From assembly GCA_963782055.1 (NCBI GenBank), contig CAWAIF010000003.1:896001-960000 (forward strand): 64,000 bases of DNA, written 5' to 3'. Shown piece by piece: positions 29,353 to 40,298 of the stretch. The position numbers and the translations under genes are program-made. Under the pieces are notes generated by a model that ran no database searches, was not told where the DNA came from, and worked only from the letters and a program-made list of their open reading frames with translations. This stretch comes from an uncultured delta proteobacterium. Lineage in GTDB: Bacteria; Myxococcota_A; Polyangia; Polyangiales; Polyangiaceae. Position 1 is the stretch's first letter; each line of letters opens with the position of its first letter.

Positions 29353-30903
29353 ATGGGAGTTCGGGTCGCGGAGCTCGTCGGCGGGCTCTCGCTCGCCACC
29401 GACATGGGCGCCGGGCAGCCCCTGCAGTCGGCCATTGCGGCGACCATCCTGGCGACGCGCATGGCCACGCGCATGGGGCTCGACGAAGCGGATCGGCGCG
29501 CGACCTACTACGGCGTGATCCTGCGCTTCATCGGCTGCTCGTCGGTCGCGCCGGAGGCCGCGCAGATGGGGGCCGGCGACGACGCGTCACTCAACTACGC
29601 GTTCTCCATGTGCGACATGACGGACGCCGCGCAGGTCGCCGATGCGCTCGAACGTTACTGGGCCAAGGGTGCGGACGACGCCGTGCGCCGCCAGGTCATC
29701 CGAGCGTTGTCCGAAGATCTGAGCCAGATGGGCGCCGCGGCGGCGATGCACTGCGCGCAGGCCGTGGTGCTTTCGCAGCGCATCCCCGTGGGCGATCGCG
29801 TTCCTGCGATGCTCGCTCACATGTACAACCGCTACGATGGGATCGGTTCCACGCACGGCGGCGAGGCGATCCCGGTGCCGGCGCGGCTCTCCTGCCTCGC
29901 GGCCGACACCGCGGTCGTGCTGCGTTCGCTCGGCAAGCGCACGGCGCTCGATGTCATCGTGCCTCGCAAGGGAGGTCAGTTCTGCCCGGAGTGCACCAGC
30001 CTCCTCGAGAAGGACCACGCGACGCTGCTCGACGGCCTGGACGCGCCGTCGTGCTGGCAGGCCTATCTCGATCTCGAGCCGGGCACCCATGACGAGCTCG
30101 AGGGCGCCGCGCTCGAGAAGGCCTGCACCGCGTACGCGGACTACGCCGACCAGAAGTCCGGGTATCTGCTCGGGCACTCACGGCACGTGGCGAAGCTCGC
30201 CTTCTTCGCCGCGGAAGGCGCCGGCCTGGATCTCGAGGGCCGACGCAGGCTGCGCCTCGCGGCGTTGCTCCATGACGTGGGACGCGCGGGCGTGCCGTCG
30301 GGCCTCTGGGACAAGCCGGGAACGCTCACGACCCACGAGCGGCAGATCATCGAGAGCCACAACGGCCACACCGAGACGATCCTCCGGCTCGCGCCTGCGC
30401 TGCGCGAGCTGTGCGCGCAGGCCGCAGGCGTGCACGAGCGATCGGACAAGACCGGTTATCCGCGCGCCACGCCTCTCGATGACGTCACGACGGGGTTGCT
30501 CGCCGCGTCGGACGTCTATCAAGCACTGACGCACGATCGCCCGTGGCGCCTCGCCCTCGCGCCGGCGGAAGCGGCGGACCTGCTGATCGAAGAGGCGAGG
30601 CAGGGGCGGCTTCCGCGCCGGGCCGTGAGCGCCGTGCTCGACGCGGCGGGTCACGCCAGGAAGACGACCGTGGAGGCCTATCCCGCGGGCCTGTCCCGGC
30701 GCGAGGTCGAGGTGCTCGCGCTGCTCGCGCAAGGGCTCGGCACGAAGCAGATCGCCGACCGTCTCGCGATCTCCCCGAAGACTGCCGAGAACCACATCGG
30801 CCGCATCTACGACAAGACCAACGCGCGCGGGCGCGCCGCCGCCGCCCTGTTCGCCGTCGAGCACGGGCTGAACGAGCACGTCCTCACGCCCGAGCCGTCC
30901 TGA
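29353..30903 (+). CDS. HD-GYP domain protein with C-terminal LuxR HTH
   Basis: LSLATDMG.GQP, GHSRHV, LLHDVGR, HER.D..GYP, GLSRREVEVL...IADRLAISPKT. Confidence 0.9.
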   Translation: MGVRVAELVGGLSLATDMGAGQPLQSAIAATILATRMATRMGLDEADRRATYYGVILRFIGCSSVAPEAAQMGAGDDASLNYAFSMCDMTDAAQVADALERYWAKGADDAVRRQVIRALSEDLSQMGAAAAMHCAQAVVLSQRIPVGDRVPAMLAHMYNRYDGIGSTHGGEAIPVPARLSCLAADTAVVLRSLGKRTALDVIVPRKGGQFCPECTSLLEKDHATLLDGLDAPSCWQAYLDLEPGTHDELEGAALEKACTAYADYADQKSGYLLGHSRHVAKLAFFAAEGAGLDLEGRRRLRLAALLHDVGRAGVPSGLWDKPGTLTTHERQIIESHNGHTETILRLAPALRELCAQAAGVHERSDKTGYPRATPLDDVTTGLLAASDVYQALTHDRPWRLALAPAEAADLLIEEARQGRLPRRAVSAVLDAAGHARKTTVEAYPAGLSRREVEVLALLAQGLGTKQIADRLAISPKTAENHIGRIYDKTNARGRAAAALFAVEHGLNEHVLTPEPS

Positions 30904-31021
30904 GTCCGCGCGCGGCATTTCTGGCTTCGCTGGGGGTATTCCCTCATCGCGCGGTGCCGGCCGTCGAGGCTAGGTTCTGGGTCGTCGACAACACGGGAGC
31001 GACGCTCCCAAGGAGGCACCG

Positions 31022-31438
31022 ATGGCCTGTTACAACTCGAAGATCGTGAATGCCCCGATTGCCAAGGTCTGGAGCGCGATCCGCGACTTCCACGACATGT
31101 CCTGGGCGAAGGGGGTGATCGAGACGTGCGAGAACGTCGGCGGCCTGCCGGGCGACCGGATCGGCGCCCGCCGCAAGCTGAACGGCGTCTTCGTGGAGAC
31201 GCTGCTCGCCCTCGATGAGGACGGCCGCACCATCAAGTACAGCATCGACCAGGGGCCCGACCCCGTGTCGAGCGCGAAGGGCTACGTCGGCCAGGTCCGC
31301 TTGCTGCCGCTCACCGACGGCGACAGGACCTTCGTCGAGTGGACGTCGAGCTGGAAGGCCGAGGCGGGCGGCGTCAAGGAATTCTGCGACTCGGTGTACC
31401 AGGCGGCGCTCGGCGCGATGGCGGCGAACGTGCGCTAG
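31022..31438 (+). CDS. SRPBCC / polyketide cyclase-like protein
   Basis: VNAPIAKVWSAIRDF...GARRKL...TFVEW; AGGAGG RBS. Confidence 0.85.
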   Translation: MACYNSKIVNAPIAKVWSAIRDFHDMSWAKGVIETCENVGGLPGDRIGARRKLNGVFVETLLALDEDGRTIKYSIDQGPDPVSSAKGYVGQVRLLPLTDGDRTFVEWTSSWKAEAGGVKEFCDSVYQAALGAMAANVR

Positions 31439-31625
31439 TGCGACGCGTCACCCGGCGCGGAGTGCCCCACGCACGGATTCCGCGCCGGGCCGACGCCATG
31501 GATTGTCGTAGTCGAAGGACGAGATCTCATGGCACGCCGCTCGGTCACCCGCGCGCGCGCCTGCCCTTCGCGAGAGGCCCCTATCCCTCCACCCCCACCC
31601 CGATTACCCTCGTAGCCCGCTCTCC

Positions 31626-34382
31626 ATGGTCAAGCGCAAGGTCTCGCTCTCCAACGACGCCCCCGCCCGCACCAGCGACGCCGGCGTCCGCGCCCCCTCC
31701 GAGGAGGTGCTGGAGCTCTTCTTCGACACCGGCGTCGTCTTCCACGAGGTGGAGGCCCCCCCGCTGCCGGACATCGTCTCCGGCTTCAAGGTGATGCGCG
31801 ACCCGACGACCGGCGCCGCGTCCGTCCGCCGGGCCGAGCCCGGGGAGGAGCCGGACGTGGAGGTCTCCGCGGTCGACCACCTGCCCGAGCTCTCGCATCG
31901 CTGGCTGCCGGTGCCCTACCAGCTCTCCTGCCCCTTCGCGGTGCAGGTCTACCTCGCGCCCACCGGCGACGACCCGCGCGCGGTGCGGGTGCTGCTCGCC
32001 GTCGACACCCTGGAGCAGAGCGCCTCGCAGGGCCGTCACCTGGACGCCGCGCTGGACGCCGGCCGCCCCTTCCGCCCGCTGGACCGCACCGAGACCGCGG
32101 CCTTCCTCGATCACCCCGAGACGCGCGAGCTCTGCCGCCGCATGGAGAAGGCGGGCGTGGACAAGGCGCCCTTCAAGGTGGCGGCGCTGCTCGACGCGCT
32201 CGGCCCGGTGCTGCCCCGCCTCCGCTTCTCGAAGGTGGAGGAGCACACCCCCATCCCGGTGTCGCTGGTGCTGGACCTGGGCAACTCGCGCTCCACCGCG
32301 GTGCTGGTGGAGCGTCGCGATCAGGGCCTGTTCGCCGTGCCGCTGGAGGTGCGCTCCGCGTCGGACCCCTTCGCGGTGAGCGACGAGACCTTCGACTCGC
32401 GCGTCACCTTCCTGCCGAGCGCCTTCGATCGCTCCGTCGCGGCCGTCGCCGTCGGCGAGTGCTTCGCGCGCCCCTCCATCGTCAAGATGGGGCGGGAGGC
32501 GCTCGACCGCGCGCTGGAGACGCCCGCGCGCTACCTCTGCACGCTGAGCGGCCCCAAGCGCTACCTCTGGGACGATCGCCCCTCGGCGGAGCGCTGGCAC
32601 TACGCGACCGCCATCGACCCTTCGGGCGCCGGCCAGGGCGAGCACAAGCCCATCTTCGGTCGCATCCTGAAGTATCTCGTCGAGGAGAAGGGCGGCCTCC
32701 AGCTCCGCGGCGACGGCCCGGCCACCCCGGCCGACCCGCGCTACGCCCCGCGCGCGATGATGCTCTTCGCCCTGGTGGAGATCCTCTCGCAGGCGATCGC
32801 GCAGGTGAACTCGGTCGCCTACCGCGCCTTCCAGGGCAAGGAGCAGGTGCCGCGCGTGCTGCGTCACGTGGCGCTCACCTTTCCCTCCGCGATGCGCAAG
32901 GAGGAGCGCGACGTCTACGAGGCGCTCGCGCAGAACGCCGCCGCGCTCGTGTGCCACGTGCTGGGCCTTCCGCCGGAGCGCCGCCCCAACTTCGACGCGG
33001 CGAGCGGCGCGTGGGAGCCCTTCCTCTTCGTCGACGAGGCCCTCGCCGCGCAGATGGTCTACGTCTACCAGGAGGTCGCGCACGAGTTCTCCGGCTCCTT
33101 CGAGGAGCTGGCCGGCGTCTACGGCAAGAACGGCAAGACCCTGCGCGTCGCGTCGATCGACATCGGCGGCGGCACCAGCGACGTGATGATCGCCGACTAC
33201 GCGGACAAGCAGCCCGGCGTCGCCACCTCCCTCACCATCAAGAAGCTCTTCCAGGACGGCGTCTCGGTGGCGGGCGACGAGGTGTGCCGCGCGGTGCTGG
33301 AGGACGTGGTCTTCTCGCAGGTGCTCGCCCAGCTCCCGAACGTCTCCGCGCGCACCAAGCTGGTGAACCTCTTCGGCGAGGGCGACGGTGGCCACGGCGA
33401 GGCGTGGCGCAGCCTGCGCGCCAAGCTGGTGCCGTACTTCTGGCTGCCGCTGGCGCGCTGCTTCTGGGCCCTGGCCGAGGGCCGCGAGCCGGAGGGCCAC
33501 GCGGCGGACAAGCTCTACGGCATCAGCGACGTCTTCCGCGCCTTCGACACGCCCTTCTCGCCGTACGTCGTGGAGGAGGTGGACCGCTTCCTCGGCGCGG
33601 TGGTGCCGAAGTTCCCCGGCCTGCTCAACGTCGTCCTCAAGCTGGACCGCGCCGGGGTGGAGGCGAGCGTGCTCTCGGTGCTGCGCGAGCCGCTGCGCAA
33701 GTACGCCGACATCGTCGCGCAGTTCGACGCCGACCTGCTCGTGCTCGCCGGGCGCACTTCTGCCCTGCGCTGCGTGCGCGATCTCTTCGAGTCGGAGATG
33801 CCGCTCCCGCCGCCGCGCATCAAGTCGATGGCGAGCTACGGGGTGAGCGAGTGGTACCCCTCCCGCTGGCAGGAGGGCGGTCGCATCAAGGACCCCAAGA
33901 GCACCGTCACCGCCGGCGCCGCGGTCCTTCACCTGGCGAGCAAGAATCGCCTCCCCGGCTTCATGCTGGACGAGATCGTCCCCGCCGAGATGCACCCCAT
34001 CTACGGCGTCTACCAGGACAAGGAGCCGCACGTCGCGCGCGACACCGAGCTGTTCCGCAAGGAGCGCACCAGCGCGCCGATGCTCTACACCGCGGGCATG
34101 ATGCTCGGCTTCCGCAACGTGGACTCGGAGGAGATGGACGGCTCCCCCCTCTTCGAGGTGCGCCCGGCGAACGCCGACGTGGAGCAGGCGCTGCTGGAGG
34201 ACCGCGTCAACCTGCGCTTCGCCCTGGACGAGTCGGGCCGCATCGCGGTCGCCGACGTGAGCTCGCAGCGCGACGTCTACTCCTTCGGAAAGGACGACTT
34301 CGTGCTCGCGCTGAAGACCATCACGACCGACCGGTACTGGCTGGACAGCGGCGTCTTCCGCAACCTCGGTCGCTACGTCTGA
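31626..34382 (+). CDS. SrfB-like protein (actin/Hsp70-fold)
   Basis: WLPVPY, VSLVLDLGNSRS, LSGPKRYLWD, DEA.AAQ.VY.Y, IDIGGGTSD, DPKSTV..GA, YWLDSG. Confidence 0.75.
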   Translation: MVKRKVSLSNDAPARTSDAGVRAPSEEVLELFFDTGVVFHEVEAPPLPDIVSGFKVMRDPTTGAASVRRAEPGEEPDVEVSAVDHLPELSHRWLPVPYQLSCPFAVQVYLAPTGDDPRAVRVLLAVDTLEQSASQGRHLDAALDAGRPFRPLDRTETAAFLDHPETRELCRRMEKAGVDKAPFKVAALLDALGPVLPRLRFSKVEEHTPIPVSLVLDLGNSRSTAVLVERRDQGLFAVPLEVRSASDPFAVSDETFDSRVTFLPSAFDRSVAAVAVGECFARPSIVKMGREALDRALETPARYLCTLSGPKRYLWDDRPSAERWHYATAIDPSGAGQGEHKPIFGRILKYLVEEKGGLQLRGDGPATPADPRYAPRAMMLFALVEILSQAIAQVNSVAYRAFQGKEQVPRVLRHVALTFPSAMRKEERDVYEALAQNAAALVCHVLGLPPERRPNFDAASGAWEPFLFVDEALAAQMVYVYQEVAHEFSGSFEELAGVYGKNGKTLRVASIDIGGGTSDVMIADYADKQPGVATSLTIKKLFQDGVSVAGDEVCRAVLEDVVFSQVLAQLPNVSARTKLVNLFGEGDGGHGEAWRSLRAKLVPYFWLPLARCFWALAEGREPEGHAADKLYGISDVFRAFDTPFSPYVVEEVDRFLGAVVPKFPGLLNVVLKLDRAGVEASVLSVLREPLRKYADIVAQFDADLLVLAGRTSALRCVRDLFESEMPLPPPRIKSMASYGVSEWYPSRWQEGGRIKDPKSTVTAGAAVLHLASKNRLPGFMLDEIVPAEMHPIYGVYQDKEPHVARDTELFRKERTSAPMLYTAGMMLGFRNVDSEEMDGSPLFEVRPANADVEQALLEDRVNLRFALDESGRIAVADVSSQRDVYSFGKDDFVLALKTITTDRYWLDSGVFRNLGRYV

Positions 34383-34408
34383 CCGCCGAAAGCGTGTATG
34401 CTTCAGGC

Positions 34409-35062
34409 ATGGGGAACCATCGCTTTCTTCGTGCACTTTGGCTCTTGCCCGCGCTCGCCGGCGGGGTGTGGCTCTTCGCCTGCGTGGGCGACACCAACAC
34501 GCAGGCCTCACCGTGCGACGCCTACTGCAACGACATCCAGTCGGTCTGCACCGGCGTCGACCAGCAGTACCCCGACCTCGCCACGTGCCAGACCTTCTGC
34601 CGGCAGATGGCGCCGGGCACGCCGGCGCAGGGTGGGGCGGACACCGTCGCCTGCCGCCAGCTGGATGTCTCCAGCGCCAAGGACGCCGTCTCCGACGCGG
34701 AGAAGCACGCCAACTGCGTGGGGGCGGGCATCGCCACCAACTGCGGCGGCTCGCAGTGCGCCGCCTTCTGCAAGCTGAACCTCTCGATGTGCGGGGGCGT
34801 CTCCAGCTACGTGACCGCCGCCGGCTGCGAGGCCGCGTGCAAGAAGTGGGGGACGAGCTTCGACGGCAAGCTGCTCGGCTCCACGGGCGACACGTTGCAG
34901 TGCCGCACCTACCACATGGAGCTCTCGCAGACGGGCACCCCGCAGGACAAGACGACGCACTGCCCGCACACCGATCCTGTGAGCGCGCGGTGCTTCGACG
35001 CCGACGCGGGCGCGGGTGACGGCGGCGGGGACGCGGGCGCCTCCGACGCGGCAGCCGACTGA
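34409..35062 (+). CDS. Cys-rich lipoprotein
   Basis: Lipobox LFAC; repeated C..YC/CRTYH units. Confidence 0.7.
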   Translation: MGNHRFLRALWLLPALAGGVWLFACVGDTNTQASPCDAYCNDIQSVCTGVDQQYPDLATCQTFCRQMAPGTPAQGGADTVACRQLDVSSAKDAVSDAEKHANCVGAGIATNCGGSQCAAFCKLNLSMCGGVSSYVTAAGCEAACKKWGTSFDGKLLGSTGDTLQCRTYHMELSQTGTPQDKTTHCPHTDPVSARCFDADAGAGDGGGDAGASDAAAD

Positions 35063-35383
35063 TCAGGCGAGCGCCGCGCGCAGGCAGAAGCCGATCGCCG
35101 TCGCGGGCACCGCCGCGCACAACCAGCACACGACGGTGAGGCCGAGCCCGGTCGCGGCGGCGTTCGCGCACCATGCATCGGCCACGCCGGCCTGCTTGCG
35201 CGTCGCGTAGAAGTAGACGGGTAGCACCAGGAAGGGCGAGACGAGCGCCAGGGCCAGGTATCCCCCGAGGGATGGGGAGGAGAAGTCTGTCTGACGGCGG
35301 AGCCGTGCCGCGTCGCGGCGGTAGCCGCGGTCGATGACCATCGTGAGGGTGGCGAAGCCGAACCAGAGGAGCCAGAGGATCAT
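35063..35383 (-). CDS. Small membrane protein
   Basis: Three hydrophobic segments; GGAGG RBS. Confidence 0.6.
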   Translation of the reverse strand: MILWLLWFGFATLTMVIDRGYRRDAARLRRQTDFSSPSLGGYLALALVSPFLVLPVYFYATRKQAGVADAWCANAAATGLGLTVVCWLCAAVPATAIGFCLRAALA

Positions 35384-35425
35384 GACCTCCCTTCGGCCGC
35401 TCCACGGCGAAGTTGCGTCGACTGG

Positions 35426-35869
35426 CTAGGGGGCGCCCGGACCGCGCTGCAGGATGGGCAGGTCCGGCAGCGCCAGCTCCACCCGCCACTTGCCCTTCTC
35501 CCGCGTGCACTGCACCGTGGCGTGCTCGCTCGGCAGGTCGCCCGTCACCTCCACGTGCGCCACGTCGCCCTCGACGGTGGCGTGCATGCTCTTGGGCCGG
35601 AAGCGCATGCCGAAGCGGCCCTGCGCGAGCATCTCGTACGGCTCGACGTGCCGGCCCTGCACCTGGCTCGCCCGCTCCGCGCGCTCCTCCAGGTTCTTGC
35701 GCGTCGCGCTGCCGAGCAGGCCGTAGGCGGCCTTCGCCTGGTCCGTGCCGCCGCTCTCCATGTCATCCATCCAGGCGCGCAGCGCGCCGTCGGGCGTGGC
35801 GTCCGGCTGCGGGTGCGAGCACGCGACCGCGCCGAGCAGCAGCGCGAAAAGGACCAGGGCGCGCACCAT
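35426..35869 (-). CDS. Hypothetical lipoprotein
   Basis: Lipobox AVAC; ATPDGALRAW...EKGKWRV (NTF2-like pattern). Confidence 0.7.
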   Translation of the reverse strand: MVRALVLFALLLGAVACSHPQPDATPDGALRAWMDDMESGGTDQAKAAYGLLGSATRKNLEERAERASQVQGRHVEPYEMLAQGRFGMRFRPKSMHATVEGDVAHVEVTGDLPSEHATVQCTREKGKWRVELALPDLPILQRGPGAP

Positions 35870-35928
35870 GACGCGAAGGCTTAGCCGAAAAGTGGCGGCC
35901 GCGCGAACCACCTCGATACGATCGCTCC

Positions 35929-36897
35929 GTGGGCAAGGTCTCCCGAGCGGTGCGACTCAGCTGGGACGGAAAAGCGGCCGGTTTCGGCCCCGCGGCGCCG
36001 CTGGCCAAGGCCCGGCCGGCGCCGGAGTGTGTGCTCTCCAGGCCGGACGGCAGCGCGCTCTACTTCGGCGACAACGTGGCGGCCATGGCCCACCTGGGGC
36101 CCGCGCTGGGCGAGAAGGTGACGCTGGCGTACCTCGACCCGCCCTTCCTCACCGGCCGCGTGCACGAGGCCAAGTCGCGCCAGGACGGCGGCCGCCGCGC
36201 CGCCTTCGACGACCGCTGGGAGGACCGCGCGGCGTACCTGGAGGCGCTCGCCCCGCGGCTCTGCCTGGTGCGCGAGCTGCTCGCGCCGCACGGCTCGGTG
36301 GTGGTGCACGTGGACCCCAAGACGAGCCACTACGTCAAGGTGATGATGGACGAGATCTTCGGCGACGCGTGCTTCGCCAGCGAGATCGTGTGGCGCTACC
36401 GCCGCTGGCCCGCCCGCACGCCCAACTTCCAGCGCGTGCACGACGTGATGCTGCGCTACCGCAAGGACGCGAGCGTTTCCCCGCGCTTCGTGCCCCTCTA
36501 CGAGCCGCTCGCCCCGTCGACGCTGGCGACGTGGGGGACCCGCAAGCAGCGGGCGGTGGTCAAGGACGGCCGGCGCCTTCGCTCCAGCTCCACGTCCGCG
36601 CCCACGCCCGGGGTCCCCATGGGCGACGTCTGGGACGTCGGCGTCATCGCGCCGGTCGCTCGGGAGCGCACGGGCTACCCGTCGCAGAAGCCGGAGGCGC
36701 TGCTGGAGCGCCTCGTCGGCGCGCTCTCTGCCCCGGGGGAGATCGTGCTCGACCCCTACGCCGGCTCCGGGACGACCCTGGCGGTGGCCGCGCGCATGGG
36801 GCGGGTCTTCGTCGGTGTGGACGCCAGCCCGGTCGCCATCGAGACCGCGGCAGCCCGCCTCGAGGCGCCCTCCCGCCGCGCGGCGGCGCGGGTTTGA
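35929..36897 (+). CDS. N6/N4 DNA methyltransferase (beta class)
   Basis: YLDPPF precedes [12 protein letters not shown] and [11 protein letters not shown]. Confidence 0.9.
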   Translation: MGKVSRAVRLSWDGKAAGFGPAAPLAKARPAPECVLSRPDGSALYFGDNVAAMAHLGPALGEKVTLAYLDPPFLTGRVHEAKSRQDGGRRAAFDDRWEDRAAYLEALAPRLCLVRELLAPHGSVVVHVDPKTSHYVKVMMDEIFGDACFASEIVWRYRRWPARTPNFQRVHDVMLRYRKDASVSPRFVPLYEPLAPSTLATWGTRKQRAVVKDGRRLRSSSTSAPTPGVPMGDVWDVGVIAPVARERTGYPSQKPEALLERLVGALSAPGEIVLDPYAGSGTTLAVAARMGRVFVGVDASPVAIETAAARLEAPSRRAAARV

Positions 36898-36949
36898 GCG
36901 TGGCAAGTCGCTTGCCTGGCCAGCCTCGGCCCGCGTACCCTCGACCCGG

Positions 36950-38569
36950 ATGAGCTTGTCGGGAAAGCAGCTTGGCGGTGTGTTCGCCGTGCTGGTGATC
37001 GCCCTCGCGGGCGCGTTCCTGGTGAAGGACGCAGGCTCGACTCCCATCCTCGCCGTCATGGCGGTGGGCGTCGTGGCGGCCGGCGCGGTGGTCTACTTCG
37101 GCGGCGGAGCCGCCGCGGAGTCGCTCGATCCCATCGCCGAGGCGGTGCGGCGGGCGGCAGCCGGGGAGACCCCGAAGGCCCCGCAGGGCGCGAGCCAGGA
37201 GGTGCTGCGCGTCTTCGAGGAGCTGGAGGGGCTCGCCCGCGCGCGCCGCAAGGAGGACGGAGACCTCCAGCTGCTTCGCGACCGCGCGGAGGCGTCGGAG
37301 GGCGCCGACCGCACCCTGGGTGACGTCGCCAAGCGCCTGCGTGACGGCGTCTCGGCGCAGCTCCAGAGCATCGAGGTGACCTCGCGGCTCATGCGCGAGC
37401 TCGCGGGCGCCATCCACGAGGTGGCGGCCAACGTGGAGTCGCTCACCTCCAGCGCGGAGGAGTCCTCCAGCTCCATCCTGGAGATGACCGCCACCCACGA
37501 CGAGGTGGCGGAGAACATCGGCGAGCTCGCGGGCAGCGTGCGCGAGACGGTCAGCTCCATCGAGGAGATGGCGTACTCCATCAAGGAGGTCGCCAAGAAC
37601 GTCGACGCCCTGTCGCTGACGGCGGAGGAGACCAGCTCGTCGATGAACGAGATGGACGTCTCCATCGACCAGGTGCAGTCCAACGCCAACGAGACGGCGC
37701 GCCTCTCGGAGGAGGTGGCCCTGGACGCCGAGAAGGGCGCGGAGGCCATCCTCAAGACGATCAGCGAGATCTACCGCATCAAGGAGAGCTCGCAGGAGGC
37801 GGTGAGCGTCATCTCCAACCTGGGATCGCGCATCGAGGCCATCGGGCAGATCGTCAACGTCATCGACGACGTGGCGGAGCAGACCAACCTGCTCGCCCTC
37901 AACGCCGCCATCATCGCGGCGCAGGCAGGCGAGCAGGGCAAGGGCTTCGCCGTCGTCGCCGACGAGATCAAGGACCTGGCCGAGCGCGCCGGCGCCTCCA
38001 CCCGCGAGATCACCGATCTCATCAAGACCGTGCAGGCGGAGAGCAAGAACGCCATCACCGCGGTGGAGCGCGGCGCCCACAACGTCGACCGCGGCGTGGA
38101 GGTCTCCAACGAGGCGGAGCGCGCCCTCAAGAAGATCCTGGAGAGCTCGCAGAAGTCCACGAACATGGTGCGCGCCATCGCGCGCGCGACGGTGGAGCAG
38201 GCCAAGGGCTCCAAGCAGGTCACCGACGCCATCGGCCGGATCGCCGAGACGGTGCAGCAGATCGCCGCGGCCACGGCGCAGCAGGCGCGCGGCAGCGAGC
38301 TCATCATGAAGAGCGCGGACAAGATGCGCCTCATCTCGCAGCACGTGGAGCGCAGCTCGCAGGAGCAGGCCAAGGGCAGCCGGCAGATCACCACGACGAT
38401 CGAGGGCATCTCCACGATGGTCGGCCAGGTCAACGCGGGCCAGCGCGCGCAGACGAAGGTGAGCGAGCAGCTGATGGCGTCCACGCAGCGCATGGACGAC
38501 GCCGTGCGCGGCCAGGACGCGGCGATCGCCAGCCTCGTGGAGGCGGTCGATCGCCTTCGCAACACCTGA
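36950..38569 (+). CDS. Methyl-accepting chemotaxis protein
   Basis: Two N-terminal TM segments; [34 protein letters not shown]. Confidence 0.95.
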   Translation: MSLSGKQLGGVFAVLVIALAGAFLVKDAGSTPILAVMAVGVVAAGAVVYFGGGAAAESLDPIAEAVRRAAAGETPKAPQGASQEVLRVFEELEGLARARRKEDGDLQLLRDRAEASEGADRTLGDVAKRLRDGVSAQLQSIEVTSRLMRELAGAIHEVAANVESLTSSAEESSSSILEMTATHDEVAENIGELAGSVRETVSSIEEMAYSIKEVAKNVDALSLTAEETSSSMNEMDVSIDQVQSNANETARLSEEVALDAEKGAEAILKTISEIYRIKESSQEAVSVISNLGSRIEAIGQIVNVIDDVAEQTNLLALNAAIIAAQAGEQGKGFAVVADEIKDLAERAGASTREITDLIKTVQAESKNAITAVERGAHNVDRGVEVSNEAERALKKILESSQKSTNMVRAIARATVEQAKGSKQVTDAIGRIAETVQQIAAATAQQARGSELIMKSADKMRLISQHVERSSQEQAKGSRQITTTIEGISTMVGQVNAGQRAQTKVSEQLMASTQRMDDAVRGQDAAIASLVEAVDRLRNT

Positions 38570-38617
38570 CTATTCCTTGCGCCCCGCCCGCGGGGTGGTC
38601 AAATGCGAGGGCGGGCG

Positions 38618-39571
38618 ATGGGGCACGGGCACGACCACAAGCAGGGGCACGATCACGGTCATGATCACGCCATCGAGGCCGGCGGCGGGCACGCGCGCAA
38701 GCTGTGGATCGCGCTCGGCCTGACCGTCGGCTTCATGGGGGTGGAGGTGGTGGCGGGCTTCGCGGCGCACAGCCTCGCGCTGCTCTCCGATGCCGGTCAC
38801 ATGCTCACCGACGCCGGGGCGCTCGCCCTCGCGCTGATCGCCCAGCGCATCGCCGAGAAGCCGCGCACGCGCCTCTTCACCTTCGGCTTCCGGCGCGCGG
38901 AGATCGTCGCCGCCCTCCTCAACGGCATCATCCTCGCGCTCAGCGCCGTCTGGGTGATCGTGGAGGCGGTGCGCCGCTTCGCCGACCCGCCCCACATCGA
39001 CGGCGGGTGGATGCTCGTGGTGGCCACGGTGGGCCTCCTGGTCAACCTGGTCTCGGCGTGGGTGCTGGGGAGCGGCTCCGGGGACAACGCCAACGTGCGC
39101 GCCGCCTTCCTCCACGTGCTCTCCGACGCCGCCGGGTCGGTCGCGGCCATCGTCGCCGGCGTCTTCATCGTCACTGTGGGCTGGACGCGGGCGGACCCTG
39201 TGGTCTCGGTGCTCATCTCGCTGCTCATCCTCTGGGGCGCGTATCGCCTGCTCCGCGACTCGGTCCACGTGCTGATGGAGACGAGCCCCGCCGGCGTGGA
39301 CATCGAGAAGGTGGAGCGGACCATCCGGGCGACCCCCGGCGTGGCCGATCTCCACGACCTGCACGTGTGGGCCATCTCGCAGGGCTTCCCCGTCGTCACC
39401 GTCCACGTGCTGCTCGACGGCGACGCCCACGGCACCGACGTGGCGCGCGACGTGGGCGCGCGGCTGCGCGAGGCGCACGGCATCACGCACGTCACCGTGC
39501 AGCCGGAGGCGCCGGCGCACGACATCGTGCCGACGAGCCGCCTGTCGTCGCGCCGCAGCGCCGCGTCCTGA
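38618..39571 (+). CDS. czcD: CDF cation efflux transporter (CzcD/ZitB-like)
   Basis: His-rich N-terminus, SLALLSDAGHMLTD, NVRAAFLHVLSD, HDLHVW. Confidence 0.9.
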   Translation: MGHGHDHKQGHDHGHDHAIEAGGGHARKLWIALGLTVGFMGVEVVAGFAAHSLALLSDAGHMLTDAGALALALIAQRIAEKPRTRLFTFGFRRAEIVAALLNGIILALSAVWVIVEAVRRFADPPHIDGGWMLVVATVGLLVNLVSAWVLGSGSGDNANVRAAFLHVLSDAAGSVAAIVAGVFIVTVGWTRADPVVSVLISLLILWGAYRLLRDSVHVLMETSPAGVDIEKVERTIRATPGVADLHDLHVWAISQGFPVVTVHVLLDGDAHGTDVARDVGARLREAHGITHVTVQPEAPAHDIVPTSRLSSRRSAAS

Positions 39572-39574
39572 CGC

Positions 39575-40252
39575 TCAGCGCGGGGCGAGCAGGGCGCGGT
39601 AGGCCTCGTCGCGATCGCGGCGGATGTCCTCCAGGCGTCGCGTGAGCTCCTCGAGCCCCATGCGCTCCACCGTGGCGAGGTTGGTGCGGGCGATGCGCTC
39701 GCGGAGCGGCGGCTGCGGCGGGCCGGCGGTCGCGAGGAACGCCTCCAGCGCGGACACGTCCACGTACTCCGTCCCCTGCGGCGAGCGCCCGCGCACGCGG
39801 TCGAGCACGCTCTCGCGCACGAGCTGCACCGTCGGGTCGGGTGTGCGCCGGAGGAAGGGGATGAGTCGCTCCGGCTGGCGGGTGTCGGCGGGCGCGCTCG
39901 GGTGGAAGGCCGCCATCGCGAAGGGGATGGCCCCTAGCGGATGGCGACGGGCGTCGGCGTCGCGCATGCGCGCGAAGAAGGCGTCGAACGGGGGCCGGCC
40001 CAGGTCCAGGCGCGGGTAGATGAGCAGCGCGACCTCCACCGTCTCGTCCGGGGCGAGCGCGTCGATGACGGCGAGCGACGCGGCGTGGGCCTCCTCCTCG
40101 CCGGCCGCCAGCACGACCCGCGGGTGGACGCGCCCCTCCAGCCGCGCGCGCTCCGCCCAAGGGCAGAGGCCGCACGCCTCCACGATCTCGACCTGATACC
40201 GCGCGTAGACGCGGAGCGCCTCGCGCTCGAGAGGGTCGGTGCGGTCGGGCAT
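39575..40252 (-). CDS. Hypothetical protein (DUF1415-like)
   Basis: GLCPWA, AAFHP, RRTPDPTVQLVR. Confidence 0.6.
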   Translation of the reverse strand: MPDRTDPLEREALRVYARYQVEIVEACGLCPWAERARLEGRVHPRVVLAAGEEEAHAASLAVIDALAPDETVEVALLIYPRLDLGRPPFDAFFARMRDADARRHPLGAIPFAMAAFHPSAPADTRQPERLIPFLRRTPDPTVQLVRESVLDRVRGRSPQGTEYVDVSALEAFLATAGPPQPPLRERIARTNLATVERMGLEELTRRLEDIRRDRDEAYRALLAPR

Positions 40253-40298
40253 CGGGGGAGGATACCGCGCCCTCCGAGTCCGACGCGACTGTCACCTC

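Noticed and set aside
28308..29518. ORFs with (ER)n, (AP)n and (RA)n runs
   Set aside because: Read-through of the non-coding hexamer tract.
23919..35510. Very long antisense and alternate-frame ORFs (e.g. 1343 aa at 23919-27950, 1309 aa at 31581-35510)
   Set aside because: Shadow ORFs of real genes in high-GC DNA; Arg/Ala/Gly-rich with no recognisable motifs.
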